Assembly: GCF_026210795.1 (NCBI RefSeq)
Contig: NC_089434.1
Coordinates: 2,294,001-2,358,000, forward strand
Direction: 5' to 3'
Length of the DNA: 64,000 nt
Source of the DNA: Rhizophagus irregularis
Taxonomy: Eukaryota
A model generated the notes under the pieces. That model had not been told where the DNA came from, did no database searches, and worked only from the letters and a program-made list of their open reading frames with translations. Position numbers and translations under genes: made by a program. Every line of letters begins with the position of its first letter. Position 1 is the stretch's first letter. Shown piece by piece: positions 26,478-38,600 of the stretch.

Positions 26478-26609
26478 TCACATATATGGGTTAGAGGGGA
26501 TCCTAGAGAGATCAGATCAGGAGGCATTACCTCTGGTAACCCTGGTATCATTTATTAATTTTATTTTTTCGCTCGAGACAAGATCTAGCATATAGAATAT
26601 ATTACGAAA

Positions 26610-27026
26610 ATGGTAGCTGATCAAAAGTATTCATCTGATATATCCAGCGAGCAGGAAGTTATCAGATATACAGAGAAATTACCCCAGTCATTAGGACTGG
26701 ATGAGCAGAATACAAGAGCATATAAAGCACTCTCTAGACAGATTTGGGCGTTAGAAAAAAGACTGGAAGATTATTATTTCGAATATGTAAAGCTTAAAAA
26801 GAAGGTCAATTTATTGAAAGCTGAATTGGATGATCTGGACGAATGTGTGGATAGGGAGACTGTGGTCGACTTAATTCATGAAATAGTTCTTTCGCTGATT
26901 GGTAAAGCAGGGCAGAAAGAATGTAAGGGTTCTTCCTATTCGTCTGACTCTTCCAAAGAATCTGATTTAGTTGAGATGGTAAGAGAACGAAAAGCTGTCC
27001 CTCATAAGCAACGAAGGAAGGCGTGA
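26610..27026 (+). CDS. Hypothetical coiled-coil protein
   Basis: ATG-initiated, intronless 138-aa ORF with heptad stretch LEKRLEDYYFEYVKLKKKVNLLKAELDDL. Confidence 0.5.
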   Translation: MVADQKYSSDISSEQEVIRYTEKLPQSLGLDEQNTRAYKALSRQIWALEKRLEDYYFEYVKLKKKVNLLKAELDDLDECVDRETVVDLIHEIVLSLIGKAGQKECKGSSYSSDSSKESDLVEMVRERKAVPHKQRRKA

Positions 27027-27118
27027 CCAAGAAAAGTTAAGCGGGTGGTAGTTTGAAGTGGGCCGAGCCAGAATTTTATTTTTTCGTTTAAAGATACAAC
27101 ATATAAAATGGAATATTT

Positions 27119-28427
27119 ATGACGCAATCAAGCATCTTTTATTTACCAGAAGTATTAGAACATATTTTACATTTCTTATTGATAGATAAATCCATCTACC
27201 CTGCTCTATATGTTTCCCAATTGTGATACAGATGCGGTACCCTATTCTATGGAGATGCATTGAGCTAAAGGGAATGATCCCAAAGCAAAGAAATTCATAA
27301 AATTAGTATGTGGAAAGCAAAAGCCAATTTATAGCTTGAAACTAACCCATCTCGAAATTCCATACTATAATCTACTTTCAAGTAAGAAAATTGAAGGCAT
27401 CGTAAGAACATGCCCAAACATAATTCATTTGAATTTCGAAAATTGTGTGGGTTTTAGTAATAGAGCATTAAATCAGCTTAAAGCATATCCCAATGTGAGA
27501 TATCTCAATTTATGTAGTAGTGGTATTATGGGTGATAAAGCTTTATGTGGAATGGTGGAATCATGTCGTAAAATAGAATATCTAAATATTTCTTTCTGTC
27601 AAGGCATTACTGATAGATCTTTAATCAAAATTGCGGACAGTTGTCAAGCTTTACAAAAGTTTCATTTTGCTTGTGCGCATTTGATTTCTGAAAGATTTAT
27701 AAGTTACATCTTAAACTCATGCCCAAATTTACTAAGATTCAGTATTCCGGGTAGCTGTCGAAGAAAAAATAGATGTGATATATTAGTAGAAAAACTTCTT
27801 ACTATAGAGAAATACCTTAATGTAGAGAAACATCTTAGTGTAGAGTATCTTGATTTTGGTAGGTGTGTTTACATCGCTGAGACTTCAATTTGCAATGCCA
27901 TTCATTCCTGTCCAAATCTCCAACATCTCAACCTTAGTTTTTGTGGAATTACTGATAAAACTATCGAAGAAATTGCTAGATCATGTTATATTTTAAAATA
28001 TCTTAATTTAAGGGGGTGTTATAAAATTAGCAAAGGAGTCGTAAATAAGCTAAATCCAAATATCCACATAGAGAATTTCGAGGAAACTTTATCACATCCC
28101 GATCTCATTAGAGCAGTTAGAAATCATCTTATACAGAATAATGTTTTTAATAGATAAATTTTAGCTCAGGGTCTTCAGCGCCTCTTAGATTTAAGTATGC
28201 GAGATAATTTGCAGTGGTATTCCGATCCAGGGTTGGCTAGATCAACAGTTCAGAGTGGTGGTCGGTTATATAACACCCGGCATAGTGTTGCTAATAATCA
28301 AAATTCAGTTCTATCTCAGATACACTGGCAACCTAACAGACGGTCACTAAGGAATTATTTTGATAGAATACTAGCTAATCAAGCAAAATGCTGGTACTCT
28401 ATTGATCTAACTAATCCGGAGCAGTGA
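27119..28427 (+). pseudogene. F-box / LRR (RNI-like, FBXL type) protein, disrupted
   Basis: F-box-like IFYLPEVLEHILHFL...ILWRCIEL (frameshifted), then Cys-containing LRRs such as [26 protein letters not shown]; in-frame stop at 28155. Confidence 0.8.
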
Positions 28428-28480
28428 TCAGCTCAGAAGATTTTTTGTTGGGTTATAGTCTGTGTGATAAAAAATATAGA

Positions 28481-29107
28481 TTAGCTAACCTGTTCTAGAC
28501 ATGGGCATTGACCGGCACTAGATGGATTTTTGATGAATATTTCGTGCAATTGTTGAGGAGAGAGCTTCAGAAATAATGGAAGCCCCTCTCCAGTAAACAT
28601 AATTTTCTTTACACCTATTTCACCATATTTCGGAAATATCACACCTGGATCATCCTTTAAGGGACCATGAAACTCCTTAAGCTTCCGGAGATATGCTCTC
28701 ATATTTTCATCAACTTCTTCTGCTCTTTCTTGATTAGAATAGCCAACAATGTCGAGTTTATCCTGAATTGCTATTATATCCTCTTTCAAACACATAAACA
28801 AATTAAATATTTCACTAAATGGAATATCTGTAGAAGCTTTATTGCTTCGGAGTGCTTCTTCTAGAATGGGATTACCATCAATATTGAGTTTCTCCTGAAT
28901 CGGTATTAAATCCCCTACCAATTCTAACAACAGCTCGTAAGAATCGGCAAGTGTTTTTCCCATGAGCTCGGAATCTAGAGGCACTACTAATTCATTTGCA
29001 TTGCCAGGGCCAATACCGAGTTTCTCCTAAATAGCTATTATATCCTTCTTCTTATATAAAAACAGTCCATAAAACTGAGCAAGCGTTTCAGGGTTATTAT
29101 TTGCCAT
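28481..29107 (-). pseudogene. Hypothetical protein with internal repeat
   Basis: 167-aa ORF with two I..IQ(E/D)KL(N/D)I.G motifs; upstream ATG at ~29107 separated by a stop. Confidence 0.4.
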
Positions 29108-29687
29108 GCCACTCCTGTGTGACAGAAAAATAAGTGGATCAGCAGTCAGCCTCATGTGCAACATAATTTTCGCATATATATCAAAAAACATATTAACCTT
29201 TATTATTTATTTTTTCCTGAACAATCATGAGAAAAATGGCCTGCTTCACAGGCGCTTCGCTTGAAAGGAAGTCTACATGCAACACAAAACCAACTCTAAA
29301 AGTAAATAGTGCGACAAAAGCATATGTTATGAAAGGCTGAGGACTTTGGAATTTTGAGATCGCTAGGCGTAAAACCAACTGTGTCTTTCTGGTAGATCTA
29401 CATGTGAAAGGGTATAAGAATTACATTTGCATGTGCCTTCATAGAACTCTTGGCATCAGACAACAATACTAATTACGCTTTATATCTCCTTATCTTTGGC
29501 TTGGCGCTCTTTTTCCCAGCAAGATATAAAGCATGTAATGGTATGTGGAAGTTTAGCCAACATTTCTCAAAAAACTTTCCCAGAGAAAATAGTTTCACTA
29601 GCGTAGCTAACGCAAATAAGGTATGTATATGCCAGAAGTTGTGTATTTATGGGGACGAGTTTTCTCACTACGGGCTCTTGTTTTTAG

Positions 29688-30095
29688 ATGTCTGATAAAG
29701 CTAGTATTATTACTCTCAACTGTCTCATCTCCGGCGAGGAAGCAAACGATGTCTTTGGAATAAAAATATCTTGCGAAGGAGTATCAAACTCAAATGATAA
29801 TCGAGTTTCTATTCTTGCAGATAAAATCAGAAACTGTCGTCTAGATCTATTTAAAGATACTGATTCGAGCAAGCTAATTTTATATATGAATAAGGCTGAA
29901 GCTGATAGTGTCGTAATTCTCGGCTTAAAAAATGATAAAGGGGCTATATTGAATGGTACGGAATTGATGAAGCATGAAAACACCATTTTAAGTTATTTTA
30001 ATGGTCAACCCTCTCCTAAATATCAAGGCGAAAAGGGGTCAATATTATCGTATATCCTCCTACAGATGATTAATATTTTCATTCGTATCATGTAA
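29688..30095 (+). CDS. Divergent Crinkler (CRN) N-terminal ubiquitin-like domain protein
   Basis: ITLNCLISGE...FGIKI...VSILADKI...KLILY..., the same pattern as the CRN domain at 30485; probable frameshift near the end. Confidence 0.55.
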   Translation: MSDKASIITLNCLISGEEANDVFGIKISCEGVSNSNDNRVSILADKIRNCRLDLFKDTDSSKLILYMNKAEADSVVILGLKNDKGAILNGTELMKHENTILSYFNGQPSPKYQGEKGSILSYILLQMINIFIRIM

Positions 30096-30484
30096 AGCGG
30101 TCCCGGTCAGACCTCTATTCGTATTTTTTATGTAATGTAGGCCGACTTCTGTCAATAATTTATTTCATAAATAAAGTATTATTATTGTATTGTATATGAG
30201 AAATGGGTCACGTGTAATGGTGCGGTCCAAATCTAACATTTTTATCTGAACTAATCTAGCCTAATAAAAAATGTCAGGTGATAAGTGAGAAGAGTCTTCA
30301 TGGTTAGGGAGGCGCAGTGATTAGGTGATCGTTGCACTTGACCGATTATACGGCAGGCTTGTGAAATAGAATAATTTTTCACATATAGTATTTTTTTGCA
30401 AATAAAATTCTTTTTACTCTTGTCCTCACATACCGCACTTTGAGCCAATAACATTTCGCAAAAAATACTATATAAGCCGAAAAC

Positions 30485-33400
30485 ATGTCTATCACTTTAC
30501 TATGTCTTGTCAAAGGAAATACGACCGCTAGTGCTTTTCCTGTCGATATTAATAAGGACCAGCTTGTAGGCTACCTCAAGAAAGTTATTAAGGCAGAAAA
30601 GCAAAATGACTTCGCTGGAATAGACACAGACAAGCTCAAGCTATGGAATGTGTCGATATCTGACGATCAGAACGATCTCTTAAACAATCTCACACTCAAT
30701 GACGGGGACGAGCTCCTTGCAACAAGAAAGATTTTGAAATACTTTCCAGACTCACCTCTCGAAGAACATATTCATGTTATTGTAAAATTGCCACGTAAGT
30801 GTCTGGAGTGTCTGGTATAGTCTAATTTTTCGTCATTTGCCCTTGTAATATTAACACGCATTCGTTTTCAGTTCTCAGCTTAGAAGAGGCTTTGTTGTGT
30901 ATTCCACCACCCATAACATATTCTCCGGACTGTACTAAATCGAAGACCACTACAAAGGTTAATGGTGGCCCACTGACGAGTGTACAACTATGGGACGACT
31001 TTTTTGATAAAGTGAATCAATTCCGCTTCGACCAACAACCGATATTAGAGAGGCCAAAATTTGTGGTGAAAGAGATAGAAAATGAAGAGGATGTTCGAAG
31101 TGTTTTAGATTTCAATATTTGTCAGACATTGAATTATCTTTTGGGATCTGATCATAAATTTTCAAGATGTTCACCTGATACTCCTGGCATACCGGATTTC
31201 ACCTGTCATCTTGTGGGTTCGTTGATCTTGGTGATTGAGGCAAAAAGAAAGCATGTTTTAGAAGATATGGGCGAAGAAATATTTCCCGAGTTTTATCAGA
31301 CGAGTAAAGGCAAGGATGTACAGTCAACTCTCTATAAATGCACCACCCATAAATGCACACCCTCTCTAAATGCACACATTTGCTTAGTCCCAAGTTTGGG
31401 ACTTAGTGCTAAATACATACCCTTTATATATACACCGTGCAATGATTTTAAAAGTCCCACCTATATCAGTAATAATCTCCCTAAATGCATTCACGTGACT
31501 TTTAGATGATTTTCACGTGATGTACTGCGGTTTTTATAGACACGTTACTGTGGGAATTTCATCTTTTTTTGACGGAAAATAAGTCAACATGCTTCCTAAA
31601 ACTCCCAAAAAAAAGTCACTTTAACAGACTCTCAAAAATATGAACTTTGTCTTTATGCTAGTAATAATAAAAAAACTCGAGTTCAGTATATAGACTGGGT
31701 TGAAGAAAAGTGGGGAGTTAGAGTTGACAAAACTACTATAACACGAATCTTATAAACTAAAGAAAAGCGGCTTATCACTGAAGTCATTTACCCAGAGCAA
31801 AAACGGCACAAACCTGTTACCTTTCCAGAACTTGAGCTTGCTCTCAAGGAGTTTGTGTTAAATTATCAGCACCGAACAATCCTAAGTGATGCGATACTAG
31901 TTGAAAAGGCCAAGTTACTGGCAAATGGGTTGGGAGTTCCTGAAAATATGTTACAATTTTCTTCCGGTTGGCTTCAAGGATTTAAAAAACGTAATGGAAT
32001 CCGTCAAGAAAAGCTTCAAGGAGAAACAGCATCAGCTAATGAAACTGCTATTATGGAAGCCTTACCATTATTACATAATAAGTGTGTCAATTACCCTCTT
32101 GAACGTATCTATAATATGGATGAAACTGGGCTTTTTTACCAGTATATTTAATTTTTTTTATTATCTAAGGTGGTAGGCTTGAACAGAATCCAAATATGAC
32201 TATAATTATTTATTTAATTTTTTTATTGTTTTGCAGATTAGAACCAGATCAAACACTAGCTACAAAACGTCTTTCTGGATGAAAGAAAGCAAAGAACGCC
32301 TTTCTATAGCTTTGTGTTCAAATGCTGATGGATCACATAAATTACCTCCTTTAATAATCGGCAAATATGCAAATCCAAGGTGCTTTAAAAATATCAATAT
32401 TTACAACTTACCCATGACATACCGAAATAATGCTAAAGCTTGGATGCTCATAACAATTTTTCAAGAATGGCTTCATGAATTTGATCATCAAGTTGCATTA
32501 AAACATGGAGGTCAACGCGTTTTGTTGTTACTTGATAATTGTACAAGTCACAAGGTGGAAAATCTTGCCCTTCTGCATGTTGAAATTCAATTTTTACCTC
32601 CAAACACAACATCAAAGATTCAGCCAATGGATGCTAGAATCATCATGTCATTTAAAAAACATTATCGTCATCATCATATCCGGTAAGTAACTAACTATAT
32701 TTATATTTTATTTTACTGAATAATTTATTATTTTATTTAGTTGGTTGTTAGAACAAGTTGAGGCTGGACAAAACATACAGGATCTAAAGATAGATATTTT
32801 GCAAGCCATTCGGTATATCATTCCAAGTTGGAATGAAGTTACAGTTGAAACAATCTGAAACTGCTGGAATCAAACCAGGATTCTTCCTGATAACGAATAT
32901 GATGAAACTGATAATGAAGACGATGATCAGATGATTGATGAACTTTCTAGAACAATTCAAGCCCTTAATCTTCCTAATGTAATGCGAGTAAAGGAATTTC
33001 TTAATATTCCTGAAGAAGATATTACATATGAAATTTTTGAAGATGAACAAATCATTACGGAACTTATAAACATTTTTAAAAATTCTTACGAAAATACTGA
33101 AGATTTGGATGAAATAGATGATAGTGACGAGATAGTAACTATAAGCACTAATATAGCATTAAAAAGCTTAGAAACTGTGAATATGTTCTTACTTCAACAA
33201 GAAAATACTGAAGAATATATCAAATTAATAGGTAAAATTGAAAAATTTATTAGAAAAAAATAGGTACATATGATGCAGCAGACTACAATTGATCAGTATT
33301 TTAATTAATAACTGTATTATTAATTATAATAAATGCTAAATAATTAAATTGAATAATAAATAATGTTAACATATAATATAATGCATTTTTTCTGATTTTT

Positions 33401-34376
33401 AGTGTTTCTGTAATGTAAAATCTAAAAAAAAAATTTTTTTTTATAAATGCACACCCTTTATAAGTGCACGCTTATAGCTGGTCCCAAGGGGTGCATTTAT
33501 AGAGAGTTGACTGTAGTTCAACAAATTTATAATTATATGGGAGAAAACGAACTTAGATACGATATTCTTACTACCTACGATAATCACTGGTTTCTATGCT
33601 GAGAACACACGAAGCTCTGGATCTCAAAAACCCTTTCACTAGAATCCGAATCTCCACCCGTACTCAAGGCATATGCTTATCTAACTCGACAGGCGAAAGA
33701 GAATCCCAACTCTCCTAAACTTCAAGTACTAGTGCCAGCTCAAGGGGACAATGATTCACATACTCTTCAATCAAACTCAAAATTATCATCCAGCTCTTCA
33801 TTAACTAATCAGGCTTCCAGCACCTTTTCGAATCAACAATCATCTTCTAACGTCCCAGTAAATTAGCAAAAGTTTAGCTTTGCAGACTTCAAGTTTAAGA
33901 GCATACTAAGTGGAAAAACGCTCCTATGCGAATTTCATGGTGAAATGATTGCTTTGAAGAGTGTAGACTTATCGAAGGCTCCATCGTATGTCCTGGAAGA
34001 AATGCAAAAAGAAGTCGAGATTTATAAAGATCTAGCTGATATTCAAGGCAAGTATATCCCAAAGCTGATCTGTTATGGATATTATGGAAGAGGTATGAGC
34101 TTCGTTATCGGCATGACCATTGTCAGCACTTCGTTGAGCGAGCAAAAAATAAAGAAACGGCAAAAGACAAGGGCTATTAAGGGATTAGAAGCGATCCACA
34201 AGCATGGCATCCTCCACAATGACATTCGGAAGGAAAACATCTTAATTAATGATGATGGTGGCGTCTATCTGATTGACTTCGGTATGGCAAGTCGGGAGGA
34301 CACAAAAAAGAAGAGAAAGCTTTTCGAGGAGGAACAGCTCAAATACTCTAACTTGCTAGATAGATATAATACGTAA
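30485..34376 (+). pseudogene. Crinkler-type CRN + PD-(D/E)xK REase + protein kinase gene, interrupted by a pogo element
   Basis: CRN header MSITLLCLVKG..AFPVDI..LKLWNV..HIHVIV; intron ~30795-30871; IPDF..LVIEAKRK..GKDV|VQQIYNYM rejoins across 31321-33513; kinase IALK, HNDIRKENILI, LIDFG. Confidence 0.88.
31321..33513 (+). mobile_element. pogo/Tigger DNA transposon with decayed CENP-B-like DDE transposase (~31589-33310)
   Basis: TIRs CAGTCAACTCTCTATAAATGCACC, TA TSD; FSSGWLQGFKKR, YNMDETGL, LLLLDNCTSH, FLPPNTTSKIQPMD; two introns and premature stops. Confidence 0.95.
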
Positions 34377-34719
34377 GATTTATTATTTCACAAATTCCTA
34401 TTTCTTGCAATCTTGCGAAGCGCCTTAACGGCTAATTTCTTATAATTAATAATCATGTATTTTACAGACATTTTGTAAAGAAGGAGGGGCGAATTTCCAA
34501 GTCACGTAAATGTCAGGTGGTTAGTTAGACTGTAGGATTAGCTATAGCATAGACGCCATGTATCTCGGGCAAAGTCCTGAACCTTTGTATTTATTTTTTT
34601 GCATGTAATAATAAAAAAATTTCTTGGCAAAACCGTGAACAATGTTCACGATCAGCCAAAATGGCCTACATATTTTTATTTTAAATGTTTATATACAGTG
34701 TATTAGTTATATATAGATC

Positions 34720-36860
34720 ATGTCATCTGAGCTTGAATTATCGAAACAGCGTATCACTGAACTTGAGGCTGAGAATTCCGGTCTTAGAATCAAGCTCTCA
34801 GTGTCTGATGCTGAAATAGCTGAACTTAAGCACAGTAATATCGAGTTTCTAAGAGCGAATAAGGAATATAACGAGAGGCGTGATGCTGAGAATGCCAAAC
34901 TCAAGGCCAGAATCGAGGAGATGGAATCTGAGTTTGAAGATAGAATCACGAAAGTGGAACAGAAGCAGACTCTGCAAAGCGCCTTAACGGCAAATTATAA
35001 TTCTTCTAACAACAGTTCATCTAATTTCAATTTGGTTGTAGATCAGGTGCTAATGGTAACGCATCACAAGAAACCATTGGTGGATACTTCATTACCTGAA
35101 GACAAGGAAACAGATGCTTTCTTGGGTGAGGTGCATAAGAAAAAGGTTAGTAATGAGATTAGGCAGAGAAATCAGGAAAAAAAACTTTACTTTAGCGCCT
35201 CCGGCCAAACCCAAAAGTCTCTTCCAATAGGGTCCCAAAGGGATCAGAGGCCTCAAGTTCTTGACTCGATTACTCAGCCATGCAATAGCGCATCATCAGA
35301 AGTATCAGCTAATTCAGATGGCGGGGAAGTACCTCCAAAATAGTGTTCCAATCCGTCAATCCCCCATCCGTATCCGTCGTCGAATATTCGTCATTTTCGG
35401 ATATCCGTCATTTCGGATATCCGTACATACGGATAGGACGGATCACGGATATCCGTGATAGATTGACGGATCCCATCCGATCCCATCCGAATTAAACGGA
35501 TCATCTGGATAATCCGATTTTTACTACATAATTCTGGTCAAATCTGTAATGCTGGCCAGAATGATAAAAAAATTTTTTTTTCAACTTTGTGTTACACAAA
35601 TGTTACACAACATAATTCGGGCTAGCACTATGAATTCGGCCCAATTTAAAATTCAACGGATATCCGAGGTTATCGTCACACGGATATCCGTCATGTCGGA
35701 TATCCGTACATACGGATAAGACGGATCACGGATATCCGAAAGTGGCGGATGACGGATGACGGATTATCCGCGGATTGTAACACTACTCCAAAAGAGAAGA
35801 TAGGTAGTGAACTGGATTCAAAGTGCAAGAAGGTGGGAAGAATTGTGAACAGCTTTTAAGCAGAATTTATTTGCTTCGGAGCCGTATTCACGAGAGCTAT
35901 TAATAGAACGAAAATCACGTTGACCGAAATTTCTGAGACATTATGTCCAGAAAAATTACCTCTGATAAATCCAGCATTGATGAGGCCTCACAATATCTAG
36001 CTCAGTTATGCGATAAAGCTTTTGATGCTGAAGATAAAACCAATCGAGCTAATCAGGAAGAAATTTTATGCTGGTGCCTCTATGCGAAAGATTTCATAAT
36101 TCAGCTCAATGAAATTATAGAAAGTAGGGGAGGTAAATTCGGTGAAAAGAAGGCAAGAGGCTTACTGTATGATTCCATTACAAAACAGCTTAATTTGCTT
36201 CGTAAATAGAGATCCCAAGAAACGGGGTTACAACTTCGAGATGTATCATGAGATAGTTTGCGCAAAAAAATCCAGAGAGCCGAGAAAGTCTATAAATTTA
36301 TCGAACAAGTGGGGCTAGATAAAATCAAGTATATTAAATCTTATAGTGCGACTTCTATTTCAGAGCTTACTAATGAGCAAATTCAAAAGGTTATAGATTA
36401 TGGAGTATCTTCAGAAAAAATATCTCTAGTAACTGATCATGTAACTAAAATTTCTGAGACATTATGTCCCAGAAAAAATTTGTCTGAAAATACTCCCGAT
36501 CAGAATAATGTATTGGAAGTCTTGTCTTCAAAGGAATCAACTGCACTTATTTCATTAGCCCATCCCTCTAATTCATCTGATAATTCCAAGGAAAAGGAGG
36601 GTTCGTGATTTGATGAAAATATGTTTTTCAATGAGGCGAATCCCACTAAAGTGAACATCACCACTTCAGACGATGATGACTCTGATCCCAATGATTCTGA
36701 AAAAGAGATGCCAGACGATTCAAATGATGATGGATATAATGATTACGGTGGATATAATGAATATAGTGAACGTGATAGAGGTTATTACTACTGTGGCGGA
36801 AGATATAAAAGAAAAACCTCCCCAACGATGAGCCCTATCATCTCTCTGGTAACCGCCTAA
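34720..36860 (+). pseudogene. Hypothetical coiled-coil protein gene interrupted by a MITE
   Basis: ELSKQRITELEAEN..RRDAENAKLKARIEEME coiled coil; later fragments ANQEEILCWCLY and RAEKVYKFIEQVGLDKIKYIKSYSA; acidic tail; several stops. Confidence 0.6.
35341..35785. mobile_element. hAT-type MITE
   Basis: TIR TAGTGTT(C/A)CAATCCG (14/15 match); exact 8-bp TSD CTCCAAAA (35333-35340, 35786-35793); CGGAT/ATCCG subterminal repeats. Confidence 0.92.
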
Positions 36861-37898
36861 GAGAATTATTGGATGAATTGCATATTCGTATAGGCTAGAT
36901 TGTTTTATAGTTTCTTTCTTTTTTTGAATCACGTGGGTGGCTTATATATCAGCATTGCGCAGTAATACGTCATCTCTATACTTCACTACGCAGACGCTTT
37001 GCAACTGTTTCCGCAGTGATTTTATTTTTAAATCCAGATGTGTTATTTTCGTAATAATAGCCGATCAACAGAGTGCTATTTTTGTAACAATGAAGCCAGG
37101 CCAAGATGCCGTCAGATATTTTGCAAATCTTTGGGGTCAGATCGTGGTGTCAGATCAATAATTAATCTGGTAGTGATATTCACTTTTTTTCCAAAATGTT
37201 CTGGCATAATCTCCATTTGTGGATTGATTTGAATCAGCCATTTGCAGATCTACATTATTTAATTAGCTTATTAATGATGGGATGGATAAACACCACCTTT
37301 CTTCATTAGTATAATTTTTGACAACACCTGAAGCCGTAATTCATAAGATTTCGATTTAACATAATTATTAATCTGCTATTAAGGCGCTTTGCTAGGCGCT
37401 TCACAGATCTCTGGACAAACGGTACATTTTTATTTAACATATTGGGATTAGTACGATGACAAAATAAGGGGTCCAGGTACATAATTACTTGTAAATAGAT
37501 ATTATTGGTTTGAAGTCTGATTGAACTCTGGTTGAAGTCGGGTTGAGACTGCGCTTCAGAAAGTAAACTCTCATTAACCACACTTTTTTCTCATATTTAT
37601 TCGAGAGTAGAAAAGGTACCAGGGCAAACAAGTTTGATATGTTATCTTCCGCAGATTGATAGGTAAAGGAAGCTACAAATAGTGGAACAAAAACGAAAAA
37701 TGTGAAGTCTGGTTGAACTCAGGTTGAACTATAGTTGATGTACAGTTGATGTGCAGTTGATCTCCAGTTATACCAAATGAAAACCCCCTTTTATATAACA
37801 ATGATCTGCTGAAAGCGCTAAAGGCAGACTATATAAACAACCTATGATTCATGCTCACGTCCAACACCCCATCTCAAAAAAAATTCTGTTGTTGAAAA

Positions 37899-38600
37899 AT
37901 GGCTGAATGGACTGATCCACAAATTCGTACTCTTATTGACGAATGTAGAACCAGAAACGATGAGTTTCATAACCTTAGAAGAAATCGGAAAATCTTCTGG
38001 AATAGTATTGCTGATAAAATCAATCAAAAGAATGGGACATCATTCAACGGCCACCAATGTAAAGAAAAATTCTCAAATCTTGTCCAGGATTATAATGTAA
38101 GTTATCACTGTATTGAGAACTATGTGGTGGATAAATCCACCTGTCCCCTCCTGTATGTGGTCACTACGTGTCCAGTTCTAATATTGATCATATTATTGTT
38201 AGGCTATGTGTGATTTTATGTCTGGTCGTAAATCTAGTAGAAGTCGGCTGGGTGTATAATATTTTGATGAATTTCGTACATATTTTTGGGAGAGACCTGA
38301 AGATGAATTCGATAGGGTCCGCAGTATTAATACTTTTAACTGAAGATGAAGTAGAGGAAGTGGAAATATTATGCCTGTACCGTCTACCAGAGAAGTTGAA
38401 CGCGAATTGAAATCCTCTAAAAGACGATTAAGTCGAAGTTCATCTATTAGTCGAAGTCAATCACCATCTATTGGACGAAGAAGTCGAAAATAATCGCCAC
38501 CCGTTAAACGAAGACACTCAGCAATTCCGCCTATTAGCTCATTAACCACCAACGATGAAATGGATATTTCTGATACAGAGCAGTTAGTTGGCCAGAGAAG
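37899..38600 (+). pseudogene. Myb/SANT-like (trihelix-type) DNA-binding protein
   Basis: EWTDPQIRTLIDE..FWNSIADKIN..FNGHQCKEKFSNLVQDY; GT-AG intron ~38097-38202; second exon has stops. Confidence 0.75.
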
